Source: a virus (taxonomy: Duplodnaviria > Caudoviricetes). Taken from it: DNA of 64,000 nucleotides. Shown here one piece after another: positions 38,608 to 46,508 of the stretch. Under the pieces are notes generated by a model that was not told the DNA's origin, did no database searches, and saw only the letters and a program-made list of their open reading frames with translations. The position numbers and the translations under genes were made by a program. The DNA is taken from positions 1 through 64,000 of IMG/VR virus record IMGVR_UViG_3300032038_000028. One strand, written 5' to 3'. Position 1 is the stretch's first letter. Every line of letters starts with the position of its first letter.

Positions 38608-39408
38608 ATGGCGGATATTATAATTGATCCAAAGTACCAAACCATCACCTGTGTGAATGATCCGGTTTATGCCAACATCAAAGTCAGGGTGGCATATGTT
38701 GATGAAGGACTCGCGGTGCATGAAATCCAGACGTATCAACTGCGCAGACGGTTTGCCGGGAGTAGCGACTACAAGGTACTCAAGAGCGGCACTGTCAGCA
38801 GCTCGGATGACCTGACCTACAGCTATGTGGACATGGAAGCCATCGCCGGTATCAGCTACACGTATGAAGCCTGTGTTTTTGACGCACGCGGCGCATGGCG
38901 CAGTGGCGTTGAGACGACTATTATATGTAAATTCGACGGCATTATTCTGGCCGACTCTACCGGGTCATGGCACAGCGCTTTCGGTACCAGCGAGAGCCGG
39001 TTTGCCATCAACACCCAGAAGAACCGACCGGTCAACTATATCGTGACGCTGTCCGGGAAATTCCCGCACAGGGTCAGCAACACACAGGCCAACTACTGGA
39101 CGGGCACCTGCTCTGCCATCTGGCTGCCGTGGGTGCCAGACCCGTCTGGCGAAGGCTGCATTGAGCCGTCCTTTGATCAGGCGGACGCATACCGGCAGGA
39201 GTTTATGGAGTGGCTGATGACAGACACGCAGAAGCTGCTCAAGACCAGCGACGGCAAGGCGATGATCGTCGGGATTGACGGCACACCGCAGGAATCCTAC
39301 AACGCGATCGCGGGCATGTCCGTTGTCACGTTTGACTGGACGCAGATCGGAGAGGTGGAACGGCCGACCGTGCCGTTTGATCACGGGGAAGCGTGGGTGA
39401 GCTCATGA
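38608..39408 (+). CDS. Distal tail (Dit)-like protein
   Basis: Immediately follows TMP; TLSGKFP...ANYWTG...WL...KLLK..DG...FDWTQIG. Confidence 0.6.
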   Translation: MADIIIDPKYQTITCVNDPVYANIKVRVAYVDEGLAVHEIQTYQLRRRFAGSSDYKVLKSGTVSSSDDLTYSYVDMEAIAGISYTYEACVFDARGAWRSGVETTIICKFDGIILADSTGSWHSAFGTSESRFAINTQKNRPVNYIVTLSGKFPHRVSNTQANYWTGTCSAIWLPWVPDPSGEGCIEPSFDQADAYRQEFMEWLMTDTQKLLKTSDGKAMIVGIDGTPQESYNAIAGMSVVTFDWTQIGEVERPTVPFDHGEAWVSS

Positions 39409-40994
39409 GTTATTCATCGGAAGACTCCCAGCTGATCAACCAGACCAATCATGTCGTACGGTACAAGCTGGAGCTGCTGAACAAATACCTGCAGGTGGAG
39501 AGCGAACTGACCGGCGACACGGCGGACGTGAATTTCAACATCGACGCCACGACGGATATCAGGCGGACGGCAGACCTGACCATGGTAGTGACCGACCAGA
39601 GCTGGATGACGGACAACTTCGAGATTGGCTGGGTTGACAAGCTGGTCAGATTCAGCATCGGCTTGCAGAAGCTGGACGGCACATGGAAGTGGTACGCTCT
39701 TGGAACGCTGCTGCTGTCCTCGGACGCCTTCAGGTTTGACACGGCGACGCAGGAAATGCATATGTCGCTGGTCGACCTGATGGCCTACGGGACGTCGGAG
39801 CGGGGGAGTCAGATCGGCACCGGGGTGAAGTATGTATATAATACAGACATCCCGCGACTGCTGACCGACACCATCTCCCGGTTCTTCCCCTACAAGGACG
39901 TTGAGATCGAGGAATTCCCGGACGTGCTGCCCTATGATCTGACCTTCGGCATCGGCTCCTACCCCTACGACATCCTGCGGACGGCGCTGGCGCTCTTCCC
40001 GTGGTACGAGCAGTTCTATGACGCCAACGGGACATACCACGCGCAGAAAATCCCGATGCATGTCAACGAGCCGTGCCTGCTGGGGCCGGAAGATCTGGAC
40101 GACCTGATCATCGCGGAGAACAGATCCTTTGATTTCAGCAACATCAAGAACACGACCGAGATCTACGGCAAGTCAATCAAAAGCCACTACACGGCAACGA
40201 GCTGCGTGCTGAACGGGCAGACATACACGCTGGGCTTTGTGCTGTCCACGATGGAGACGCTGGAGAACAATAAGAAGTACGGCTTTACCCCGGCAGAGGA
40301 TTCCCCGGCGTCGCCGAAAATTCACATTGATCTGACGGATGACCAGCAGCAGAGCACGGCGGATCTTCTGGATTCAAACGGAAATGAGCTGGCGGCCGGT
40401 GCGCTCAAGGCGGGATATTCCTACGTGGCCCGGTGTCTGGACGTGCCGGAAACGATTGACAACGAGACCCGGATCGTAAAGAAATTCTACCTGCTGGGGC
40501 AGAAGGAAATCCATGTGATCGTCCGGGAGATGAATGAGATACCGTCAGCGGCTGTCATCGCAGCGGATCAGACACTCAACGACTGCGTGGATATCCGCTA
40601 CGTGCGCAACGCTGACAGCCCGTACGCCTGCGACAGGAATGACGCAGAGGGTATGACGACAGAGATGACCATTGCGGCGGGACAGATCAGGCAGGTACTG
40701 TACGACGGCGAGTACGCTGGCATCTACACCACGGAGCTAGCCTACCAGCGCGGGGAATATGAGAATTATCTCAAGTGCCGGATGAACACCGACGTGGAGC
40801 TGACCACGGTGCTGATCCCGTTTATCGACGTGAATCAGAAAATCGAATACCACTCGCCGATCACGGGCGAGCCACACCAGTACATCGTCAAGTCAGTGAA
40901 TATGGACGTCGCCAACTTCACGATGACCATGAAGCTGGCGAGATTTTATAACTGGTACCCGAAGGAGGAAGCATATGAAGCCAGTAATTCTTAA
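39405..40994 (+). CDS. Tail/baseplate hub protein
   Basis: IDATTDIRRTADL, LPYDL.F..G, IPFIDVNQKIEY motifs; ATGA overlap with upstream gene. Confidence 0.65.
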   Translation: MSYSSEDSQLINQTNHVVRYKLELLNKYLQVESELTGDTADVNFNIDATTDIRRTADLTMVVTDQSWMTDNFEIGWVDKLVRFSIGLQKLDGTWKWYALGTLLLSSDAFRFDTATQEMHMSLVDLMAYGTSERGSQIGTGVKYVYNTDIPRLLTDTISRFFPYKDVEIEEFPDVLPYDLTFGIGSYPYDILRTALALFPWYEQFYDANGTYHAQKIPMHVNEPCLLGPEDLDDLIIAENRSFDFSNIKNTTEIYGKSIKSHYTATSCVLNGQTYTLGFVLSTMETLENNKKYGFTPAEDSPASPKIHIDLTDDQQQSTADLLDSNGNELAAGALKAGYSYVARCLDVPETIDNETRIVKKFYLLGQKEIHVIVREMNEIPSAAVIAADQTLNDCVDIRYVRNADSPYACDRNDAEGMTTEMTIAAGQIRQVLYDGEYAGIYTTELAYQRGEYENYLKCRMNTDVELTTVLIPFIDVNQKIEYHSPITGEPHQYIVKSVNMDVANFTMTMKLARFYNWYPKEEAYEASNS

Positions 40995-41190
40995 AGCAGA
41001 CCAGAGCGGCAAGATCCTGATCACGGCAGAGGAGATCGAGAAGATTGTTTCGGACGCCTATGATCAGGGTTATCAGGACGGCAAGGGATCTGTGGTGACG
41101 GTCACCTGCGATCCGCAGACGACGTGGAACAAATGGCCGCCCAACATCACCTGCGACAGCGTTACGTTCTCCAGCGTAGATAGTCACTGA
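40975..41190 (+). CDS. Hypothetical protein (71 aa)
   Basis: AAGGAGG RBS; AYDQGYQDG motif. Confidence 0.55.
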   Translation: MKPVILKADQSGKILITAEEIEKIVSDAYDQGYQDGKGSVVTVTCDPQTTWNKWPPNITCDSVTFSSVDSH

Positions 41191-41204
41191 GAGACTGTAG
41201 CGAC

Positions 41205-41278
41205 ATGTGACGGGGCCTTGACCACACGGGTGGATAAGTTGTAAGGGTCTGAAGACAGGCGTCTCTACACGTCGCTGA
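41205..41278 (+). repeat. 74-bp inverted repeat, copy A
   Basis: 58/74 ungapped identity (manual count) to the reverse complement of 43024-43097, including an exact 20-bp core GGTGGATAAGTTGTAAGGGT. Confidence 0.9.
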
Positions 41279-41285
41279 AGCAAGT

Positions 41286-41335
41286 AAAAAAAGGGATAAC
41301 AGGCGAACTCAATCGCTTGCTATCCCTTATTTTTT
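41286..41335. terminator. Bidirectional terminator ending the structural operon
   Basis: AAAAAAAGGGATA...CAGGCGA/TCGCTTG...TATCCCTT-ATTTTTT. Confidence 0.7.
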
Positions 41336-41478
41336 CTGGTGCGTACTGTGTGCTCAACTGAAAACAGGGTGCCCCAGCGTTCAGGTCAGCATACAACACG
41401 GCGTATAATATACGGTTTTTTCTGATTCTGTCAAAGACCAAAAAGACAAAAGACCCTGATTTCACAGAGTCCTTTGAA

Positions 41479-41525
41479 TGGTGGGACCAGTAGAACTCGA
41501 ATCTACGACCTCCACGATGTCAACG
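41479..41525 (-). other. attP core: 3' half of tRNA-Val(GAC)
   Basis: - strand reads CGTTGACATCGTGGAGGTCGTAGATTCGAGTTCTACTGGTCCCACCA (anticodon loop with GAC, T-arm, acceptor 3' strand, CCA); no 5' half; 44 bp from the integrase stop. Confidence 0.88.
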
Positions 41526-41539
41526 GACGTGAAAAATGT

Positions 41540-41590
41540 TTTGCATAAAAATGAGGTATCACATGGGCGTTATTTGCATAAAAATGCAGT
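41540..41590. promoter_or_regulatory. Two ARG-box-like sites (direct repeat TTTGCATAAAAATG) beside the attP core
   Basis: 41573-41590 TTTGCATAAAAATGCAGT fits the ARG-box consensus WNTGMATWWWWATKCANW at all 18 positions; 41540-41557 is a partial match. Confidence 0.55.
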
Positions 41591-42682
41591 ATTGACGGCG
41601 CCCCTGTACTTGAGAATTCCTTCCTTCCGAGCCGTCGCGTAGATGGTTTCGACCATACGGGTGTCGGCGTGTCCAAGCAGGTCGGCAACCTGTGCGGATG
41701 TCATACCGGACTCCTTGAGCTGGGTGGCGAAGGTGGCCCGCCAGTCATGGTTGTTGTAGCCGGTCATCCTGAGCTTCTTGAATACGGCCCGCATCGTCCG
41801 CTGAAACGTGGAGATGGAAGCAGGCTGCTTCGGGGTGCGGCCTTCGATTACGAAACCGGAGCGGCGCTGCTCTGGGCGGAGGATGTCGGCCAGTGCGTCC
41901 GGGATCAGGAAGATGCGCTCGGAGCTGGCTGTCTTGGGGTGATCTTTAATCACGGTGCGTTTGTTGTCCGGGTAGACGACGACGCGGGTGATGTGGCCGT
42001 AGCCTTCTTTCAGGTTGATGTCTTCCCAGCGCAGGCCAAGGATCTCTTCCCGGCGCATACCGGTATACACGAGAAGGGCGGCGTACAGGCGCTCCCGCCG
42101 GTCGGTGAGCCCGGGCACTTCGGCACGGATGCGGGTCACCTCTGCGTCTGTCACAGCCTTGTGATGGTGGGACGGGACGCCGTGGTTGCGCAGCAGGACA
42201 GGTTTGTAGGGCGAATCCCGGATGACGTGCAGCGCCTCTGCCACCCGGAGGATGCGGCCGAGAAAACCGCCGATGCGCTCAATGGTGCGCCTGGTGATGT
42301 CCTGCCTGAAGCCGTTCTGCGAGCCGTGGGCCAGCCAGTCGTACAGATTCTGAATGTCGACGATGGTGATCTGATCAATAGGAACGCGGCCGAGGAACGG
42401 GTAGATGTAGCTCTCCAGATAGCGGGAATAGTTGCGCTGGGTGGTCAGCTCCAGGTTGTCGATAAAGGACGAGCGGAAAGTGTGCTCGACGAATTCGATC
42501 AGAGTAGGGGCGTGCGTGCGGGGTGTGGTTGGTATCAATAAATCAGTGCTTAACATGGTGGCATCCTTTCCCCGTGTTATACCCTGAACAGAACACTGAG
42601 GTATCATATTGTCAAGGTACGCCGGGGCAGTCAGCCCCATGTCGTTTCCAGTATAGCCTGTGGGGCCGCGGTTGTCAATCAT
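41570..42682 (-). CDS. int: Phage integrase (tyrosine recombinase)
   Basis: TGMRREE, PKT, HDWR, LGH...Y catalytic motifs; adjacent to tRNA-derived attP; an internal start (MLSTDL...) is also possible. Confidence 0.92.
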   Translation of the reverse strand: MIDNRGPTGYTGNDMGLTAPAYLDNMIPQCSVQGITRGKDATMLSTDLLIPTTPRTHAPTLIEFVEHTFRSSFIDNLELTTQRNYSRYLESYIYPFLGRVPIDQITIVDIQNLYDWLAHGSQNGFRQDITRRTIERIGGFLGRILRVAEALHVIRDSPYKPVLLRNHGVPSHHHKAVTDAEVTRIRAEVPGLTDRRERLYAALLVYTGMRREEILGLRWEDINLKEGYGHITRVVVYPDNKRTVIKDHPKTASSERIFLIPDALADILRPEQRRSGFVIEGRTPKQPASISTFQRTMRAVFKKLRMTGYNNHDWRATFATQLKESGMTSAQVADLLGHADTRMVETIYATARKEGILKYRGAVNTAFLCK

Positions 42683-42756
42683 AACTTTCTCCGGTACTGT
42701 AACTTAAACAGAGTTGTAAAAGGCCCGGCCGGCGGTGATGCCAGTCGGGCGCGGGG

Positions 42757-42957
42757 TCAGTTGAGACCTGCCAGCTTCAGGTTGTGCAGGAGGAACCTGT
42801 ACCCATCGAGCAGATCAAGGATCAGATCAACGGTGCCCGTTTGCAGGGCGACGGTGTCTTCGTTGAGCGACGTAGCGTGTTCGATCTCGTCGATCACGGT
42901 GCAGATCCCGTCGTTTTCGCCGATGACGTCGCCTACGGTTTGAAATTCGTTTCGCAT
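42757..42957 (-). CDS. Hypothetical acidic protein (66 aa)
   Basis: AAGGAG RBS; followed by a hairpin at about 42722-42750. Confidence 0.55.
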   Translation of the reverse strand: MRNEFQTVGDVIGENDGICTVIDEIEHATSLNEDTVALQTGTVDLILDLLDGYRFLLHNLKLAGLN

Positions 42958-43023
42958 AGCTTCTCCTTGTGGTAATGCATTTCGGCAATTTTTGGAAATA
43001 TTGCCAATGTGTATAGAGGAACC

Positions 43024-43097
43024 TCAGCGACGTGTGACGGGGCCTGTCGTGATACCCTTACAACTTATCCACCTGCATGGGTGAGGGGCCGTCACAT
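43024..43097 (-). repeat. 74-bp inverted repeat, copy B
   Basis: Partner of 41205-41278; contains ACCCTTACAACTTATCCACC. Confidence 0.9.
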
Positions 43098-43157
43098 TGA
43101 GCTGAGGCGGCTCAGAGACTACGTGAAAAACGGGCGCAGACTTTCAGGAGAAAACCC

Positions 43158-43186
43158 TTGTGAGCCTGCGCCCTGTATGTTATAAT
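43158..43186 (+). promoter_or_regulatory. SigA-type promoter of the small toxin-like ORF
   Basis: TTGTGA-17 bp-TATAAT with extended TGn. Confidence 0.7.
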
Positions 43187-43263
43187 GCGGGTGCTGTGGC
43201 TGGTACCGAAGCCTGTGAAGCCGACAAAGCATAAAGCCATTCTTATGCAGAGGAGGTGATCGC

Positions 43264-43344
43264 ATGACTGAGTATCAACTTCTGGTGCTTGTCATCATGA
43301 TCGCGCAGTTAGCCTTTGAGGTATTAGCGTACCTGAAAGACTGA
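43264..43344 (+). CDS. 26-aa hydrophobic peptide, candidate type I toxin (MTEYQLLVLVIMIAQLAFEVLAYLKD)
   Basis: Strong RBS GAGGAGGTGA, own promoter, single TM helix with charged end, structured 3' UTR and terminator; absent from the ORF track (too short). Confidence 0.65.
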   Translation: MTEYQLLVLVIMIAQLAFEVLAYLKD

Positions 43345-43444
43345 CACAGTAAGCGAACCTTCCGGGACTGCATGCGCCTGGAAGACGCCGTCTGAGGACT
43401 GATCAACCACACAGACGGCGCAGAATGCAAAATCCAGACGCAGC

Positions 43445-43491
43445 AGAACGGTATGTGTGACGTCGCGCATACCGTTTCTTTTTTTTTTTTT
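43445..43491 (+). terminator. Strong intrinsic terminator
   Basis: AACGGTATGTGTGA-CG-TCGCGCATACCGTT followed by a long T run. Confidence 0.8.
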
Positions 43492-43517
43492 ACAGCTGCC
43501 CGCATCACAACCGCACG

Positions 43518-44120
43518 TTACTTGCCGGTGCTGCCCAGACCGCCGTTACGGGCTTCAGTGGTCTCGTCGTCGTCGGTCGTGCCGAAGGGCAGGATCACGC
43601 CCTGACAGATGGCCTGACCGGCCCTGATCTCAACGGGCGGGTTGCCCGGGATATCAGAGCGGATGTTGACGAAGATGTCACCCTCGTTGTCGGAGAAAAT
43701 GTAGTCTCTGTCGATGAGGCCAACACAATTTCCCAGACGGCTGTACTGTTTGATGCCCAGCCCGGACTTCGGGATCATGATCAGGCAGAAGTCGGGGTGC
43801 AGCTCGCACTGAATGCCAGTCGGGAAGGTGATGCCGCGGGGGTTGACCGTCATGTTGCTCATCGCAAAGGGGATGGGGGAGAAGAAGTCATACCCGGCGG
43901 AACCGGTAGTGGCGCGGACGGGCAGCTTGATGGCGTCATAGGCTTCCTTCATGACGGCGTCGGGCAGGTTAAAGCCGCAGTCGATCATGTCGTGCCTGAA
44001 CTGCTCGAAGGACACCTTGCGGAACTTCGCCACCTTGCGGAAGGTATAGTGGCGGTCGATCTCTTCGGGGGTGACTTCGTTGGGAGTGGTGGTAGAGGCG
44101 GCCTTGGTTTTGGTAGCCAT
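43518..44120 (-). CDS. dut: Trimeric dUTPase
   Basis: GSAGYDF, PKSGLG, GLIDRDY, ICQG, RNGGLGSTG; GAAAGGAG RBS before MATKTK. Confidence 0.92.
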   Translation of the reverse strand: MATKTKAASTTTPNEVTPEEIDRHYTFRKVAKFRKVSFEQFRHDMIDCGFNLPDAVMKEAYDAIKLPVRATTGSAGYDFFSPIPFAMSNMTVNPRGITFPTGIQCELHPDFCLIMIPKSGLGIKQYSRLGNCVGLIDRDYIFSDNEGDIFVNIRSDIPGNPPVEIRAGQAICQGVILPFGTTDDDETTEARNGGLGSTGK

Positions 44121-44424
44121 AGTGGTTTCTCCTTTCGATGGTTGGTGCGGCGGCACGAATCGGACGTGCCATTAAGTCCAGTAGTGTGCGGGTGCTCTTG
44201 CTGAGAACCAGACACCGCGAGCTTTACTTTTCGCATACGGAAAAGCGCTGAGAGTAAAGATTCCTGATGTCGGAAGTAAAGGCCGTGCGGAGCTTCGCAC
44301 TCCTGCAGCACGTCTGCCGGGATGTCAGTGACTATTTTAACGTGGTACGCCCCCACATGTTCCCGCATACGGACGCCGTGTATTGTCTTCCACTGCGTTT
44401 ATCTTTCGCCAACGGCCGCATAAG

Positions 44425-45036
44425 TTAAAAAGTTGAAGCATCAACTGAACGATCAACATAGTACTCGTATTTTCGGCAACTTCTCTTCGGCGTATCTATA
44501 TGTGCGAATCCATAAAAAGTCAGCGGTTGCTTAACCAAGGCGCGTTCCAAGGCTTTGTCAATCTGTATTCGTAGCGGAAAGGTGAACGTACATGTATCAT
44601 CGTCCTTCCCTTCGCATCGTACAAAAACATACACCGGCATCGTGCAACTGATTTCTATGAGTGCGACATATAACCCCTGATCATCAAAAACGAAATCGTC
44701 GTCAGCGAATATAATGTCACCAGCATTAGGCTGAGGGCATAAGACTCTTCGATCGCCATTATCATCTTCATCAGTCAACTTATCAACAGTTGGCAAAACA
44801 CAGTATGCTATGATTTCGTCATCAGGAATTGATCGATACATGCCAAAGGAACTCTGAATTAAGAATACATCGGCGCTCTCGCTCCATAAAGCAATAACAT
44901 ATACTTTATCATCTATGAACGCGTAGTCGGTATATTCTTCGTCAAATTCTTTGAGGCACGTCTGTGTTTGCACAACACATACGCAGTCGCCCCCTGACGG
45001 TCTGCCTAGATGCTGCCAATATATTGGATCGTACAT
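44425..45036 (-). CDS. Low-GC hypothetical protein (moron-like)
   Basis: 203-aa ORF, GAGGAG RBS, visibly AT-richer than its flanks. Confidence 0.6.
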   Translation of the reverse strand: MYDPIYWQHLGRPSGGDCVCVVQTQTCLKEFDEEYTDYAFIDDKVYVIALWSESADVFLIQSSFGMYRSIPDDEIIAYCVLPTVDKLTDEDDNGDRRVLCPQPNAGDIIFADDDFVFDDQGLYVALIEISCTMPVYVFVRCEGKDDDTCTFTFPLRIQIDKALERALVKQPLTFYGFAHIDTPKRSCRKYEYYVDRSVDASTF

Positions 45037-45089
45037 ATTGATCTCCTCTGGTGTGTTATTACACAGTAAACCGCGTTTACTGTGGAAAA

Positions 45090-45368
45090 TCAGAACGTGA
45101 TCTGCTCGGTGCTGGGCGTCCCGTACATGCGGAAGTTGTCCAGCGCGGGTGGGAATTCACCGTCATTGGTGGTGTTCAGCAGGAACAGCTCGGTCGGATG
45201 CTCGGTGGCCATGTAGAGCAGGCCGAGCATGGAGCGGGCGTTGACCCGGTGCGTGCCGTCTTTGCTTTCGACGACGTAGTTGCTGTCTTCGCCGGCCATC
45301 AGCTTGAGGAAATCGAGAATGGCTGGCTGGGTGTCAAGGGCGATATGTGCCCGGATGTAAGGCTTCAT
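45090..45368 (-). CDS. HPr/Crh-like protein
   Basis: 92 aa; RVNARSMLGLL matches the HPr Ser46 signature; no recognisable His15 (GLHARP) motif. Confidence 0.65.
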   Translation of the reverse strand: MKPYIRAHIALDTQPAILDFLKLMAGEDSNYVVESKDGTHRVNARSMLGLLYMATEHPTELFLLNTTNDGEFPPALDNFRMYGTPSTEQITF

Positions 45369-45918
45369 AGGCTTCCCTTCTTTCTTTGACGTGCTTTTCA
45401 GCGTCTGCGATGATTTTGTCGGGGTCGTAGGGGATGTTGGGGTCAGGCCACGGCTCCCTGTACTCTTCGTTGTATCGGAGGATCTTGGCCCGCAGCGTGT
45501 CCAGCTGCTCGGAGATGTCGATGCCGGAATATTCCCGGGCGGAAATCAGCCCGTAGACCAGCGGCCATCCCCACAGGGTTTCGTGCTCGCTGGTCAGGAA
45601 GAGCCCGACATACTTGTTGTCCCACACCGGCTCGGTGCCGTCGTAGTGCAGGAAGATCATGTCGTCCTTGAACAGATGGTTGTGGTGCGGGAGACGGCAG
45701 GGCCGGTAGATCAGGTTGGTTACCCGGCTGGTGTCGACGTAGCGTGTGTTCCAGTAAGTGAGCTCGACGTACCACGGCGGGAGATCTTCGGGCCGGATCT
45801 TCGTGGGGTAGATCCCGTTCGACAGGAGAAACTCCGGTGGCTCGAAGCACTGCTCCATCTTGCCGTGGGTGTAGTAGTGGGCCTTAAAGCGGCGGTTGAC
45901 CTTCTCGATGTCGTTCAC
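45334..45918 (-). CDS. Hypothetical protein (194 aa)
   Basis: Coupled to neighbouring genes, AAGGAGG RBS. Confidence 0.6.
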   Translation of the reverse strand: MNDIEKVNRRFKAHYYTHGKMEQCFEPPEFLLSNGIYPTKIRPEDLPPWYVELTYWNTRYVDTSRVTNLIYRPCRLPHHNHLFKDDMIFLHYDGTEPVWDNKYVGLFLTSEHETLWGWPLVYGLISAREYSGIDISEQLDTLRAKILRYNEEYREPWPDPNIPYDPDKIIADAEKHVKERREAYEALHPGTYRP

Positions 45919-46436
45919 AGGATCCCCTCCTTTACTCTGTCCATAATGTCCTCGGCCATGACGTCACTGAAACAGGTGATGGTGACGCTACTCATACCGT
46001 AGTAGATGGCAACGACTTCGCGCCAGCAGGCGGACTCGACGATGGTAGCGACGATCTGCCCGCCGCCAGGTACGGTGTCGATCATGACGGAGTCGCCGTG
46101 GAGATAGACTTCCATGACGGCCTCCTGAAAGATTTTGACGTAGCGCTCCTCGACCTGATCGTGCAGGATCCTGCTGCGCCTGCCGAGATGCTTCTCGCCG
46201 TAGCGGTCGATATATGGGGTCAGGCCCAGCGTGTCCAGATCTTTTGACAGCTGACCCTGATTGCACCCCAGCCCGCGCTCGGCCAGCCATTCTGTCAGGG
46301 CGACCTGACCGGTGTAGACTTCCTTGCGGGCGAATTCGAGGATGGCCTTCAGGCGCTTGCGGCGCAACTCTTTGAAATACTCAACGCCCTGGTTATTGAT
46401 GATGGCGACCTGTTTGGCGCCCTGTTCGGATGGCAT
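45915..46436 (-). CDS. ArgR/AhrC-like repressor homolog
   Basis: Winged-helix pattern R..AILE....TGQ..L...L...G...NQGQLSKDL..LGL and C-terminal domain IDTVPGGGQIVA..VE...W.EVV; canonical GTIAGDDT appears as AIYYGMSS. Confidence 0.75.
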   Translation of the reverse strand: MPSEQGAKQVAIINNQGVEYFKELRRKRLKAILEFARKEVYTGQVALTEWLAERGLGCNQGQLSKDLDTLGLTPYIDRYGEKHLGRRSRILHDQVEERYVKIFQEAVMEVYLHGDSVMIDTVPGGGQIVATIVESACWREVVAIYYGMSSVTITCFSDVMAEDIMDRVKEGIL

Positions 46437-46508
46437 AGTAGCTTCCTTTCTGCTTTTTTCACCAGTAAATGTGGTCGGATAAGAGTTGGTGGAGCAAATC
46501 ATGGTATT

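Noticed and set aside
41479-41555. Complete tRNA-Val gene
   Set aside because: Only the anticodon loop to CCA is present; there is no D-arm or 5' acceptor strand, so it is treated as the attP core.
43111-43124. TCAGAGACTAC resembles the group I intron R element
   Set aside because: No matching S element or interrupted gene was found nearby.
43985-44368. 127-aa ORF upstream of and overlapping dUTPase
   Set aside because: No RBS, overlaps dut out of frame, and has no recognisable motifs.
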